The position numbers and the translations under genes are program-made. Below are positions 12,996 through 26,954 of a stretch of 64,000 nt of DNA, one piece after another. The notes below the pieces were generated by a model. It saw only the letters and a program-made list of their open reading frames with translations. It did not search any database and was not told the origin of the DNA. Origin of the DNA: Octopus vulgaris (lineage: Eukaryota); the NCBI GenBank assembly GCA_951406725.2, contig OX597816.1, positions 30,194,001 through 30,258,000 of the forward strand. Reading direction: 5' to 3'. Numbering within the stretch: the first letter of the stretch is position 1; each line of letters opens with the position of its first letter.

Positions 12996-13578
12996 CCAAC
13001 AAGCCAAGCGGAGTTTTGCTATGTTTTACGTTAAAAGTTGCGCTAATCTACTGCCAGGTTCAAAATTCTCCAAAGTCTGTGTCGAGGAACTCCTTAACCA
13101 AATGCTACATTCGATCTTCAGTCAATAGAATAGCCTTTTATTAGAATAAAGCGCAAATATAAAGCAGGGGTGGACATATTTTCTGCGATAGACATTATAC
13201 CAATTTCCAGGCTCGTAAAATCCTTTGGTTTAATGCCCCAATATAAATATCACAAAAGTTTTAATAGAAATAGTTTTGGGCGCCGGCATGACTGTACAGT
13301 TAAGAAGTTCACTCTGTTAGGTTCAGTTCCACTGCATGGTACCTTGAACAATTGATTTCTACTATAGCCCGTCCCAACCAAACAATTGTTATTTGATTAA
13401 GTAGAAGGAGACTAAAAATAGCTTGTCATATGTGTGTATGTTTGTACTTTCTTGTTTTGACATCGCTTGATAAATTGCAAACAAGTATCAACGTCATACA
13501 AGCAGCGCCTCACATTTTTAATCTTCTGTGGAAAATATGTCCCGTCTTTGGAAATTATTGCTTTGCTTGCAAACATAC

Positions 13579-13640
13579 AAGGGCTGGTAACATCCGAGGT
13601 TCCGGCGTAGAAAGCTTGCCTCAACGAATTCCGTCGGACA
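13579..13640 (-). CDS. Candidate internal coding exon, 62 nt (VRRNSLRQAFYAGTSDVTSP)
   Basis: Pyrimidine-rich acceptor ctttttcgtgtttccag, donor gtatgt, GC-richer unique sequence, phase-compatible with 25419-25489; no homology recognised. Confidence 0.4.
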
Positions 13641-14714
13641 CTGGAAACACGAAAAAGTGGACGTCAAAATCATGGTGGTGTTGATGATGATGATGCTGGC
13701 AACAACAACGACAACAATTATGATGATCATAACGATTGCTAAATTTAGCTTCGGGTATACACTTAATTCTGTAATAGAAGTACATATCAAATGTTATAAT
13801 TTTAAGCAGCCATTTTAATTTTGTAGTCTCTAGTTACGTAACAATCTTGAAGTCGTAAATTATTCAGTTAATCAATTCATGCTTTTCGTAAGCGGGGGTT
13901 ACTGTGCAAACATATTTGCTGATATATTTTTTCAATGATTTTTATTGTAGTACCTGAAAATACATATAAAGGATATTTTAATCAGTATTTGTTTGAAAAG
14001 TCCAGGGAGATTATGGGGCTCTAGTTTATCAAAATACATATGGTACTTAAAAATAATATTTTTAAGGGCTATAAACCTGCCGGGATTATATTACAAGTCA
14101 ATCCTTATAAACAAGGTAACAATACATGTAATCTTAGTCTCTCAGAGAAACACAATATGCAATTCTATAAAGTCTCCATCTTGAACAAACAAACGGAATT
14201 GTGTTTCATTCTTTGTCCCAAAGCAAAATTATTCAATAAATATCTTTTAATTAACTTTTGAAAGAAAATGAATAGTTGCGTAACACAATTATCCATGCTA
14301 CTAGAATCAAAATATTTAAAGTATATTGGAGAACATTATTTTTAGCAATAGTTTATAAAGTATTACATTTACATATATCAAATATATCCTTTTATTTAAT
14401 ATGTTTATTTCAACAGTATTCGTAACTTTATATATATGTAATGTTGTTTAATTTATTAAATGGAACTAATTACTCGAAAATCTGTAAAGCGTGAAATTAA
14501 TACTAATAGTCGCAATAATTTCTGCCGAATTGTTTCTGCAGCTTTAAATACATACATACATACATACATACATACATAAATACATACATACATACATACA
14601 TACATACATACATACATACAAACATAATACATTCATACATATACACATATATGAGTTTGTGCGTGTATGTATGCATGTACACACACATATATACAACACA
14701 TATATTATCGTTTT

Positions 14715-15070
14715 ATCTTTTACTTCTTTCAACCATTAAACTAAGGCCATGCTGGGGCACCGCCTTGATGAATTTTTAATCGAATGAATCGATCCCCAGT
14801 ACTGTTTTACTCTTGGTATTTATTCTGTCGGTCACTTTTGACGAAACGCTAGGTTATGGGTAAATATGCACGAAAACTGGTTGTCAAGCGGTGGTGGGTG
14901 ACACACAAAGATGCACACACACGCACACACATACAACGAGCTTCTTTCAGTTTCCGTCTAACAAATTCGATCATAAGGCTTTGGTGGTCCCAGGGCTATA
15001 ATAGAAGGCACTTGCCAAGGTGCCATGTGATACTGAACCCGGAACCATGTGGTTGGGAAACAAGCTTAAA
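14715..15070 (-). mobile_element. Older SINE family A variant
   Basis: Diverged match to head, body and tail. Confidence 0.75.
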
Positions 15071-15325
15071 CTATTAATTGTTTATTGCTGTAGAAACATT
15101 CGGCAGATTTATTTATCATGCCTTGTGTCTTCAAGCATTGACACAAGGTATGATATATATAAATCTGTCAAAATATTGTTTCCACAGCTTTACGCTATAA
15201 GTAACTCATATTTAAATACTGTGTATAGTTAGTGAACGATATTTTTCTCTCTCTTGATGGAGTATTGCTTTCGTTGACCCTAGTAATAACAGAATAGTAA
15301 ACTATATGTGTATGCATATATGTAA

Positions 15326-15720
15326 AGGAGTGGCTGTGTGGTAAGTAGCTTGCTTACGAACCACATGGTTCCAGGTTCAGTCATATTGCGTGGCATCTTG
15401 GGCAAGTGTCTTCTACTATAACCTCGGGCCGATCAAAGCCTTGTGAGTGGATTTGGTAGACGGAAACTGAAAGAAGCCCGTCGTATATATGTATATGTAT
15501 ATATATATGTGTGTGTGTTTGTGTGTCTGTGTTTGTCCCCCAACATCGCTTGACAACCGATGCTGGTGTGTTTACGTCCCCGAAACTTAGCGGTTCGGCA
15601 AAAGAGACCGATCGAATAAGTACTAGGTTTCCAAAGAATAATCCTGGGGTTGATTTGGTCGACTAAAGGCGGTGCTCCAGCATGGCTGCAGTCAAATTAC
15701 TGAAACAAGTAAAAGAGTAA
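15326..15720 (+). mobile_element. SINE family A
   Basis: Full-length match. Confidence 0.9.
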
Positions 15721-16686
15721 ATGGAATATGAAAACAAAAGCAGTAAAAGTCAAAAGGATGTACACTGTGAATGTATTATAGGTTGACGCTCAGTTTAAGA
15801 TAGACAAAAGAATGGTTGTGTGACGTTTCAAGCGTTGGTTTTTCGTCAGAAAGAGGAAAGGCTCGGAGAAAAGGAAAAGCATAGTCCAAGAAAACACGTG
15901 TATGGTTACATAGTTGAAGTGACCGATATGTGTATATATGTATATATAATACTTATATGTATATTTCTGTGTGTGTGTGTTAGAAGCATACTATTTCCAA
16001 ATAAGATATATGACTGGGCTACAGAACAAACGACATGTTTTTCTGGACAGGATAGTGCTGAAAAATTCCTACGAGCCAGACGCTTCATTAACCAAAATTG
16101 AACGAAAAAATACTAAGTACAAGACACAGTCGAGTTACAATATATAAATATTTGGTGACATTTTACTGAAATTAAGGCCGAAGGAAAAACTAAGAAACTG
16201 TTCCAATGATTTGCTCCCCGCAACACAGGACTAAATGATGGAAGTTTATCCGAAGATTTACGTAAAATTTCAGGCACATACCACCCAGATTTTGTTGAAG
16301 CTATATATCATCGTGGTTTCCTTTTGAATGCCTCGATATTTCATTGAAGCTAAGACATGTTGTTTAATCTGCTGAATATGGAGTGAATATAGACCTAATT
16401 ATTATTCTCCATGTATAAAATGCATACAGTTGTACACATATACGTAATAAACATTTATCACACGGGTATCCAATGATATCCAATTGGTTTTGAACAAATA
16501 TTTTTTTGAGCTGTAATACAATAGTTTAACAAAGCACCAAGTTACCTACACCAGAAGTGATTTATGTATGCATTTTGACCATTAACTCTTATCTCTCAGT
16601 CAGTGTGTGTGTGTGTCTATGCAAAATGTATATGTGCATATATGTATGTGTGTATATATATGTATATATATATATGTATGTGTGTG

Positions 16687-16745
<59 letters not shown>

Positions 16746-16819
16746 TATGTACATATCTATACATATGTACATAACATATATAGATACATACATACATATA
16801 TATACAGACACACACACAT

Positions 16820-17042
16820 GAGCTGGCAGAATCGTTAGCACGCCGGGCGAAATGCGTAGCCGTATTTCGTCTGCTGTTCCGTTCTGAGTTCAAATTCCGC
16901 CGAGGTCGACTTTGCCTTTCATCCTCTCGGGGTCGATAAATAAAGTACCAGTTTCGCACTGGGTCGATGTAATCGACTTAATCCCTTTGTCTGCCCTTGT
17001 TTGTCCCCTCTATGTTTAGCCCCTTGTGGGTAGTAAAGAAAT
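16820..17042 (+). mobile_element. SINE family B monomer
   Basis: gagctggcagaatcgttagc...gtagtaaagaaata. Confidence 0.9.
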
Positions 17043-17080
17043 ATATATGTATATATCCCCCTCTCTCTCTCTATGGTATA

Positions 17081-17245
17081 CAGTAATCCTTCGACTATCG
17101 CGGGTGTTACGTTCCACCCCACCCCCGCGATAAATGAATTTCCGCGAAGTAGGACAGAGCTTTACTGTATATTTTTGATATTAATTATTATAATTTGTAT
17201 ATATTTATTTCATCATAAATGCAAAATAACACCGAGGAATCGATA
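17081..17245 (+). mobile_element. pogo/Tigger-like DNA transposon end fragment
   Basis: TA|cagtaatccttcgactatcgcgggtgttacgttcc..ccgcgata..ccgcgaagtag resembles Tigger-type termini; second TIR not found. Confidence 0.55.
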
Positions 17246-17674
17246 TATATATATATATATGTAACGGAAATGGAGTAGTTGGCTTTCACCAATTCCCTTT
17301 GAATAAAGGTTAAATATCATATGATTGGAGTGTCTTTTCTAAGGTAGCGTGCAGTGGCACTAAACTCGGAATCAGGTGGCTGCGAAGCCGTCATATTAGC
17401 CACGCAGATATGTCTGATGTAAAATATTACTATTTGCTTTCGGAGTATTTCCGCGTTAAGTCGTTAACAACCCAGATTAACATTGCTATTCAATGTGGCA
17501 CGATATGGCATTAGTGAAACATTCCCTATTATTACATCGGTGTCTTTATATAACAGCCCAGATCCACCTCGTCACCCCTCCCTTACAACGTCACAACACA
17601 ATATCATTAAGCACACGTGATGACACATAGAAACTATGCATATAAACATGTATACGTGTGCGTGCTTGTGCGTA

Positions 17675-17716
<42 letters not shown>

Positions 17717-17745
17717 CACAAACACACACACACATATGCATTATT

Positions 17746-18038
17746 TATTTCTTTACTACCCACGAGGGGCTAAACACAGAGGGGACAAACAAGGACAGAC
17801 AAACGGATTAAGTCGATTACATCGACCCCAGTGCGTAACTGGTACTTAATTTATCGACCCCAGTGCGTAACTGGTACTTAATTTATCGACCCCAGTGCGT
17901 AACTGGTACTTACTTTATCGACCCCAAAAGGATGAAAGGCAAAGTCGACCTCGGCGGAATTTGAACTCAGAACGTAAAGGCAGACGAAATACGGCTATGC
18001 ATTTCGCCCGGAGTGCTAACGGTTCTGCCAGCTCGCCG
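17746..18038 (-). mobile_element. SINE family B with an internal 32-bp triplication
   Basis: atcgacccc recurs at 17821, 17853, 17885, 17917. Confidence 0.9.
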
Positions 18039-18239
18039 CAGTCTTCACAAGCTGTAACTGTAACTCAGAGTTTTATGTTGCTGTTCGTCAGTGATCACGA
18101 ATGTCCGACGAAAAAAGTATCGTGAAACCCTATGTAATAGTTTGTGAAGATTCTTTTTTTTTTCAGCTTAAAGCATATTACTCTACTTTCGGAATTCGAA
18201 TACTAATTTTTTTCACCCTGTTTTGCATTTATGTGCTTA

Positions 18240-18278
<39 letters not shown>

Positions 18279-18574
18279 AATTTTATTTGGTAGCATTTAT
18301 TCACTATTACGCATGTTACATTTACTAATAGGAGTTACAAAATTGTGCAGGTAGGGAAAATACGTAAGACATATCCTATTCGAAATTCTTAAGGCAGAGA
18401 ATCAAATAATAAAAAAATTTACATTTGGATGAGGCATTTATATATTGTCAGTAATAAATAATAACAAAACTTTTTCCAACCTCCTGTTTTAATATTATTG
18501 CTCTCAAAAAAATATTTTTCACAATATTTATCTCATGCATACATCACAGAAATATTACATCTACATACTGATTT

Positions 18575-18875
18575 TTGTTTGTTTGTTTGTTCCTTCTCGA
18601 GCCATGCCTGGCTCATAAGGGCCGGTTTCCCGGTTTCTTCGCGTATAGGTTCCCCACCTGGACGGGACGCCGGTGAGCTGCAAGATACACGAGGAAAGAG
18701 TGAGAGAACGTTGTGGCAAAAAAGTCAGCAGAAGTTCGCCATTACCTTTTGCCGGAGCCGCGTAGAGCTTAGGTGTTTTCGCTCATAAACACACACATCA
18801 CCCGGTCTAAGATTCGAACTCGCGATCCCTCGACCGCAAGTCCGCTGCTCTAACCACTAGGCCGTGTGCCTCCAC
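18575..18875 (-). mobile_element. SINE family C with (AAAC)n tail
   Basis: Reverse-strand head gtggaggcacacggcctagtggttagagcagcggac..gagttcgaatc; body shared with 3622. Confidence 0.85.
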
Positions 18876-18933
18876 AACATACTGATTTGAAATAGTGGAA
18901 CGGAAGACAGCTTGGATTTTAACCCTATCTACA

Positions 18934-19330
18934 TCTTTATATATAAAAGTAAGGTTGTGTACTGTCTGTCTCCTACGATTTAGATTGCTAACTACTCCCA
19001 CATTTTGCGGTGCAGTTTAACCAAAACCGGGTATCTTATAGTCGTGATTCATATCGAGCCCTTCTGGGTATTAGCGCGCGTCTACGATGAGTCTACGATT
19101 TTAAAAAATATTTACCATCAATTTTTTCCCATTTTTAATGCATTTTTGGCATATATAAGGGAAGTAACTCTCTAAAACTGTATTATTAAATCTCAGAATG
19201 TAAAAAGCTACAGTAACACACCCCCTTTGTGGTTAGCCATATTGAGATGGCTATTATACTTTACATCTCTAAGAATGCTTATATAGTTATTTCCCTTACA
19301 AACCCGAGCAACGCCGGGCGATACTGCTAG
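18934..19330 (+). mobile_element. Non-autonomous Helitron-like element
   Basis: 5' A|TC tttatatataaa; subterminal hairpin cccgagcaacgccggg; 3' CTAG|T; no TSD. Confidence 0.75.
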
Positions 19331-19794
19331 TTATATATACTAGCCATCTACCCATCTACGATGGAGGCATAAAATGAGGGAAGTCATAACAGTAGTATGT
19401 ATTGAGAATTCTGTAAATGGACTTGATAGATTACTGGGTGTTGTCTTAGAGACATCACATCATTGCTGGTGATACAGCATTCTATTGCAGCTGTATGACA
19501 CGTGTTTACGACGAAGTGATATGTGATGACGATTCACTCCCGAACTGAAATAGACTCCCAGCATCTGAATTATGAATGGTTATGTGGATCACTCGTAACG
19601 AAAGCCAGAGCTTACTTCGGCCTCTACATAGAAAGTATTAAGGATAAAATGTTATTGAAATATACTTACGCTTGTTTATACCCTTACACATTCAAAGTTC
19701 ACAAATTTCTTTATCTAAACTATGAATTATATTCCTCTTCGCTAATATCAATATGATTACAAAACTTCTTTGTAGACGATACTTTCTGTTTGGT

Positions 19795-19847
<53 letters not shown>

Positions 19848-19889
19848 CACACACACGCACACACACATATATATATATATATAATAAAC

Positions 19890-20290
19890 ATTCTTTTATT
19901 TGTTTCAGTCGTTTGACTGGGCCATGCTGAAGCACTGCCTTGAAGTGTTGAAGTGTTTTTGTTAACCAATTCGACTCCATGATTTATTTGGAAGTTCTAG
20001 TACTTATTCTATCGGCCTCTTTACCGAACCGCTAAGGTACGGGGACGTAAACACACCAACAGTGGCTCTCAAGTGATGGTGGGGAGACAAACGCAGACAC
20101 AATGACACACACACACAGATATATATATATATATACGACGGGCGGTTTCCATCTTCCGTCTACCGATTCCATTCACAAGGCTTTGGTCGGACCAGGGAGA
20201 ATAGTAGAAGACAGGAGCACAAGGTGCCACGCAGTGGGGCTGAATCCGGAACCTTATCGTTGGGAAGTAAACTTCTTATCATACAGCTAC
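19890..20290 (-). mobile_element. Older SINE family A variant
   Basis: Diverged match. Confidence 0.75.
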
Positions 20291-21116
20291 ACTGTATGAT
20301 AAGAAAATAGAAAAAATAGAAAAAGGTATAGTGGTTAGCGATCTATCATGGTGAATGCCGCAAATAAACTTTAATTTAAATGATTTCCCTAAAAATCTTA
20401 TTTAGCTGTTATTTTTAGCACACCACACAACCACCTTAATGTTTAATGACAAAAAGAAACAAACATTAAACAAACAATTTAAATATGCTTAAAAAACAAG
20501 CATTTAAATTTCGGTTTAATTTTCAAAATGTCCTCCTGTTTTCAATGTTTCCTTAATAGAAGCGAAGTTACTGGAACTTGCTACCATAATCACTCAGAAC
20601 AGAGCGTCAAATTTGTTAACACGTGCTTCCTCGCAGATAAAAGATTTTACAAAGGCTGCTCGGATTCGCTTATTACTAAGTCAACAGGCACGTTGAGAGA
20701 CAAAGGAGTTCTCATGTTCCGCTTCTTACTATCGAAACAGCCATGAATGTATCTGTCGCTTACGATTGGCTAAAATTGCCAAAACTTTTCAAACTTTAAT
20801 TACTAAGAAGTCTTTATTAATTGATTTATAGCGAAGATTACTTTCACGTCATTAATTAGCCTATAAAAGTGTATCATTGCACTGAATATGAGATCAATTC
20901 GAACAGAAAATTGACGCTGGCAACCAAGCAGAAAAGATCCCATAGAATGACATGTACTAAAATAGACACGCACGCGCGCGCACATACAAACACACACACT
21001 TGTGTGTCTATGTGTTTATGTATCTGTATGAGTGTGCTCTGCATTGTAGACAGGATTGTGTTCGAGTCCAAAGATTTTTTAAAACCTTCTCTCTTATTTT
21101 CCTTTTTAGCCTGTCA

Positions 21117-21167
<51 letters not shown>

Positions 21168-21526
21168 CCTTTCCTTTTCTCGCCCCATTAACGCTTCAAT
21201 CTCTTCTGAATGAAATCATGGTAGTAAGCGCTTTGTTGAAACCTTCTTTCTAAGACCGCTACATGTAATCACATGTACATGGAAACATAGACATACAACA
21301 TGAACAGTCAAGTTAATCCAATTATCAAGCAAAAATACTATTTCATAATTATTTATATTCAAATTACCATTTTCGTCAATGGAATATTTTAAAATCAGAC
21401 AGCTACTTAATTATGTGATTTAATGTTAATAATATAGTTGAAGAAACATATCCTTGGAGACCATTTTTGCATACTAAAAAGACGTACGTTAGTTCATGTT
21501 ATTTATTGCTTGGATGATGGCAGCTT

Positions 21527-21937
21527 ACTCTTTTACTCTTTTACTTGTTTCAGTCATTTGACTGCAGCCATGCTGGAGCACCACCTTTAGTCGAGCAAAT
21601 CGACCCCAGGACTTATTCTTTTTAAGCCCAGTACTTAATTTATCGGGCTGTTTTGCCGAACCGCTAAGTTACGGGGACGTAAACACATCAGTATCGGTTG
21701 TCAAGCGATATTCGTACAAACACAGACACACAAACATATACACACACACATACGTATATATTATACATATATACGACGGGCTTCTTTCAGTTTCGTCTAT
21801 CAAATCCACTCACAAAGCTTTGGTTGGCCCGAGACTATAGTAGAAGACACTTGCCCAAGGTGCCACGCAGTGGAACTGAAACCGGAACCATGTGGTTTGT
21901 AAGCAAGCTACTTACCACACAGCCACTCCTACGCCTA
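21527..21937 (-). mobile_element. SINE family A
   Basis: Full-length match. Confidence 0.9.
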
Positions 21938-22099
21938 CAAGTTTGTACAAGATTTTTTCATTTCATATTACTCACTGTATGTAAGACTCAACTATATGTT
22001 TATTTAGAATGTAGAAGAGCCCCCTGAAGCATTTCTCCCAACCTTATTGTTGATATACATAATCAATGTCACTGCATCCCCGGTTTCTATCTCTCTCTC

Positions 22100-22301
22100 T
22101 TTCTTTTACTCTTTTACTTGTTTCAGTTATTTGACTGCGGCCATGCTGGAGCACCGCCTTTAGTCGAGCAAATCGACCCCAGGACTTATTCTTTGTAAGC
22201 CCAGTACTTATTCTATCGGTCTCTTTTGCCGAACCGCTAAGTTACGGGGACGTAAACACACTAGCATCGGTTGTCAAGCGATGTTAGGGGGACAAACACG
22301 G

Positions 22302-22360
<59 letters not shown>

Positions 22361-22502
22361 CATATACGACGGGCTTCTTTCAGTTTCCGTCTACCAAATC
22401 CACTCACAAACCTTTGGTCGACCCGAATCTATAGTAGAAGACACTTGCCCAAGGTGCTACGCAGTGGGACTGAACCTGGAACCATGTGGTTGGTAAGCAA
22501 AC
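22100..22502 (-). mobile_element. SINE family A, extreme 5' end missing
   Basis: Near full-length match. Confidence 0.9.
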
Positions 22503-24974
22503 TTCGCTTCATCGAAGCACTCCATGTAATGCTAATAGATGACTTAACTACCTGATTTGCTTTATTCTGTTTAGCTATAAATTGTGACGAGCTTGACTTC
22601 AATATTCCTCGATCGTTAATGGATCTCCTTTAATCATGTGTGTGTATGTGTGTGTGCGCGCGCGCGCGTGTATTTATATATTAATGTCAAACAGTGAGAA
22701 TGATTGCTCAACACCGCATTGGTGCATAGATATTGGCTACCATTGGTTTCATACTGAGAATTCTATGCAATAATCAAGCGTGTCATTTGGTGCTCATCTC
22801 CACACAAAGTGTGCACATATATACACATATGTACGTATGTATGTATGTATGTATGTATGTATGTATGTATGTATGTATGTATGTATGTATGTATGTATGT
22901 ATGTATGTATGTAGGTATGTATGTATGTATGTATGTATGTATGTATGTAGGTACGTAGGTAGGTAGGTAGGGTGGATAAACATGTAGGCTTGAGACTTAT
23001 ATAAACATGTAGGCTTGAGACTTGTATTTACAGATTATAAAAGAACGAATTATGTAATGTCTTTGTTTTATAATCTGTATTTCGTGCTCCATGCAGATAA
23101 ACACAGTTCAGCCAGTGTTTATCAACCTCACTGCCTCCATAACAGCTCGGAGAAAATTAAAGGGATGGAAGAAAGGTATTATAAGTTCGACAGCTGTTTC
23201 TAGGGACTCGGCGATCCACGATAATGCCCCGTCTTTGAACTACTCTGCATTAAGATCAGAGGCTCGTCACACCCAATGTTAATTGCATCCATACGGTGCA
23301 TATGATGAACTATTGTTTGGTAATCTGCAGCTCCGCTATTATCCAAAAATAAACTGGACCTGAAGTGTGTCGTAAAATCAGAGTATAAACAGGCGAATGG
23401 ATTGTTTTGTACCGCTACAAGTGCTTCATTAAGAATCTTATTATGACATAAAATAGTTAAGTCATGTGGGTAGTATGCATAACATCAATAAGATTGTGTG
23501 ATCCGTTATACAACTCTGAAATCATCAGGTTTAGTAAATATACACGCGAGCATTGACTTGCTTATGACTCAAAAGTTCATCAACAAGTGAAATTTCTAGT
23601 CAGAATTAACAATTTAGAAATGGGTTAGACTACTATCAGTTAATCACGAGGGTGGATAGTAGAAAGAAGTTGTAAAATATAGAATAGTTAAATGCATATC
23701 TGTCATAAAATGTAGCTGTATCACTTGTAAAAATTGATATTAGCAAAACAGGCAGACAGCATGCGCCAAGCATGATATTTACCCCATCAAGACATATTAG
23801 AAGATGGTTGCCGCCGTTGCTCTAAAAAAAGGAGTTTATTTTGTTTACTATATGAAAAGAGTGACATGGCTAATTAATTCAAGTGTCACTTATTCATTAA
23901 CTTAATTCATCTTGATTAAAGTGCTTCGATTAATTATTGCAGAACTAATAGAACTTTAGCTTTAATTATGGAATACCCATTTAATTATTATTCAGGGGAA
24001 ATGTTCAATAACTTAAAGTAAAAGGTACAAAATAGGGAAGGTTTTATGAAATTTCGGAGAACAGGGAGAGAAAACGAAGAAAGAAATAAAAAAAGAAAAT
24101 AGTTTATATAGGGAGATGGCCATAATCGCAGTACCAACAATCATGATCTATAAATACTTGAGTAGAAACAGAATAGGATAAATCTGATAAAGACAGTAGA
24201 TTGGTGGGAAGACGGCGTTAGCATAAACAAACAGATAAATGTTTATATTAGAGTAATGAAAGTAGTTTAGGCAATAATCAGTGTCAACATGAAATTTATC
24301 TTAGTCAAATATCGAAATTTAGAGGGATCAATTATACAACTGATATGAAGTTACTTCTTTATTAATTCTAGCCTTTTCTCTCGGTGTTATCAGAAAGAGA
24401 TTTCAGTTTTTACTAGAAGGTTGAGTGACTAAACAGAAGCCCCTTCCACCGTTATATCAATCTGGTAAAATTAGCCGTCCTTATCGTCAGATTTAGTGAA
24501 CTATATTACCGGCGATCATCCGAACCAGATTCATTCCAAGCTTTCTACTATATTTGTCTCTCATTTTGTGATTGGTAAAAAATCTTTTAAGGGACTAAAA
24601 TCTTAAAACAAACTTAGAAGAAAAAAGCACGAACAAAAAACACTGTATCTTTTCAAACATTGACACAAAACTCAGATTTTAGAAGTGAAACAATCGATTA
24701 ATGGTTCGGCAGTACTTGATTCAAACTTTATTTTATCGACTCTAAAATGAATGAAAAGCAAGCGTGACTTCGGATGGATTGGAACTAAGAATATAGAAAA
24801 CTGGAACAGTGACTCGAAGGCATCTTGATCCACTCTCTTAACAATAGCAATATCAACTACATCTACACCACTTTGTATCAAATTTCACTGAATAGTGTAT
24901 TATAAATTCGGCCGCATAATTTGCACGACACAGGCATATAGATAAGTAACATACAGAGTGCAAGCGAGTAGAAT

Positions 24975-24977
<3 letters not shown>

Positions 24978-25040
<63 letters not shown>

Positions 25041-25320
25041 TACACACGCATCCACACACATACATATGAATGCATATATAAATATATATATATATATATA
25101 TACAAGTATATATACATATATATACAAGTATATATACATATATACATATGTATATATACTTGTATATATATGTATATATACTTGTATATATATATATATA
25201 TAAATATATATATATGTATATATATACATATGTGTATACATAGATTTGTATATAAATATAAATATGCATATATACACAAATATATATATGTGTGTGTATG
25301 TTTGTATGCATGTGTATGTA
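24978..25320. repeat. (CT)n plus (TA)n/(CA)n compound microsatellite
   Basis: Direct inspection. Confidence 0.9.
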
Positions 25321-25418
25321 AGGAGAAAAGGAAAACTTAGAGAAGTGTTTGTGTGTTTATGGACCCGTGGGTGTGTCTGACTTTCAATAGTTGGCAACGA
25401 TCGTCTGTGTTTACTTAC

Positions 25419-25489
25419 TCTTGGCTCTGTTTATTTTTATCTTTAAATTTCTTCTCTCTTTCTTTACCATTTCCACCGTTTCCTACCAT
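25419..25489 (-). CDS. Candidate first coding exon (MVGNGGNGKEREKKFKDKNKQSQ, ends phase 2)
   Basis: aatATGG start context with an upstream in-frame TGA, consensus donor gtaagt at 25418-25413, within an ~850-bp repeat-free stretch; no homology recognised. Confidence 0.4.
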
Positions 25490-26316
25490 ATTACTTGCAA
25501 TATAAGATAGGGGAACCAACCAAGCTCAACTAATTATACACATTCTACAAACTCAAGCCGATGTGGCGAATAAAATATGGCCGCTATTGCTACATTCAGA
25601 CATACCAGCGACCACAATAAGGGATCTTTATTGATACCATTACGCAATAATGCTAGCTTTTTATCTCCCAGCAGCCGATATGCATGGATGGCCATCAGAG
25701 TATAGTCTAGTACGAAGTATACTTTGTTTTATTGTGATTTTATTTCATTTTTTTTTTGTTTTTTGTTTCTTTCATTCTGTGTCATCGACGTCGTTTCTAA
25801 AACTAGAGACTTCTTCAGTGAAACCTCTTTAAACACTGTAAAAGTTTTCCTGCTCATAAACTTTTCGTCAATTTCCCCACATACATCATTTTTACCCTTA
25901 TCAGCAATATTACCCGTTGTTTTTTTTTTCTGCTTTTGTAATTGTTGTTCATGACATTTAGGACATTTAGAGAAGAGAGAGAAATTTGCGTGAGAATTGG
26001 TTTTTATTTCTAGCAGACAAAGCACAATATAAGAGGACTCTACGTTGACTAGTGGATAGTTTGATCCTAGTTCAGCTGTGATTGAGCTGAAAACTAATTT
26101 CAGTTGTGACACGTTCTCATTTTTGGCCCCGTCTACTTTTGAAAAACGTTACTTTTTGTCCCTTTCAATTTCCTCTGGACACGCTTTTCAAGATGGCGTC
26201 AGAACCGTTTCTCCTGGATTATTCTTAATTTTAAATTTCAATCACGCGATCAGTAAAAATAATTTTCACTCGTACTTTTGCGTGCGCACACACACACACG
26301 CACTCACTCAAGCATG

Positions 26317-26356
<40 letters not shown>

Positions 26357-26434
26357 GAGAGAGTGAGAAAGAGAGCGAGAGAGAGATAGTACCATTTAAC
26401 TTGCGCACTCACATTTTCATGCACATATATAACT

Positions 26435-26665
26435 ATTTCTTTATTACCCTCAAGGGGCTAAACATAGAGGGGACAAACAAGGACAGACATAGGTATTAAG
26501 TCGATTACATCGACCCCAGTGTGTAACTGGTACTTAATTTATCGACCCCGAAAGGATGAAAGGCAAAGTCGACCTCGGCGGAATTTGAACTCACAACGTA
26601 GCGACAGACGAAATACCGCTAAGCATTTCATCCGGCGTGCTAACGTTTCTGCCAGCTCACCGCCT
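26435..26665 (-). mobile_element. SINE family B monomer
   Basis: Reverse-complement match. Confidence 0.9.
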
Positions 26666-26954
26666 TCAACAAATACCAGCGCCTACATACAATGCACACA
26701 CGGACGCACGCGCGCGCGCGCACACACACGAGTACGTACACCAACACATCAACTTTTGCATACATATACGCTTTCATACGCACGCGCACGGTTTAAGTGC
26801 CATATGCTTTCTACATGTATAGAACATATATAATAATTATATTCCGCTGTATGAATGCCATGCCCATAAACTTCACATACCAACAAATATACACTAGCGG
26901 TTGAAGATGACACAGTCAACCACGCCAAGCACACAGTCGGTGTTGCATTTTATA

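Noticed and set aside
15820-15856. Minus-strand CTGACGA..GAAACGTC hammerhead-like motif
   Set aside because: Stems I and II do not pair; at best a decayed copy
20339-20940. Older relative of MITE D (ends in gaaaagatcc)
   Set aside because: Left terminus matches too weakly and no TSD is visible
22271-22555. Recurrent ORFs such as YSRRHLPKVPRSGTEPGTMW and IVEDTCPRCHAVGLNPEPCGW
   Set aside because: Antisense translations of SINE family A, repeated at many loci; not genes
25729-26112. 127-aa minus-strand ORF
   Set aside because: Non-ATG start, A-rich, no recognisable domain; more likely UTR or non-coding
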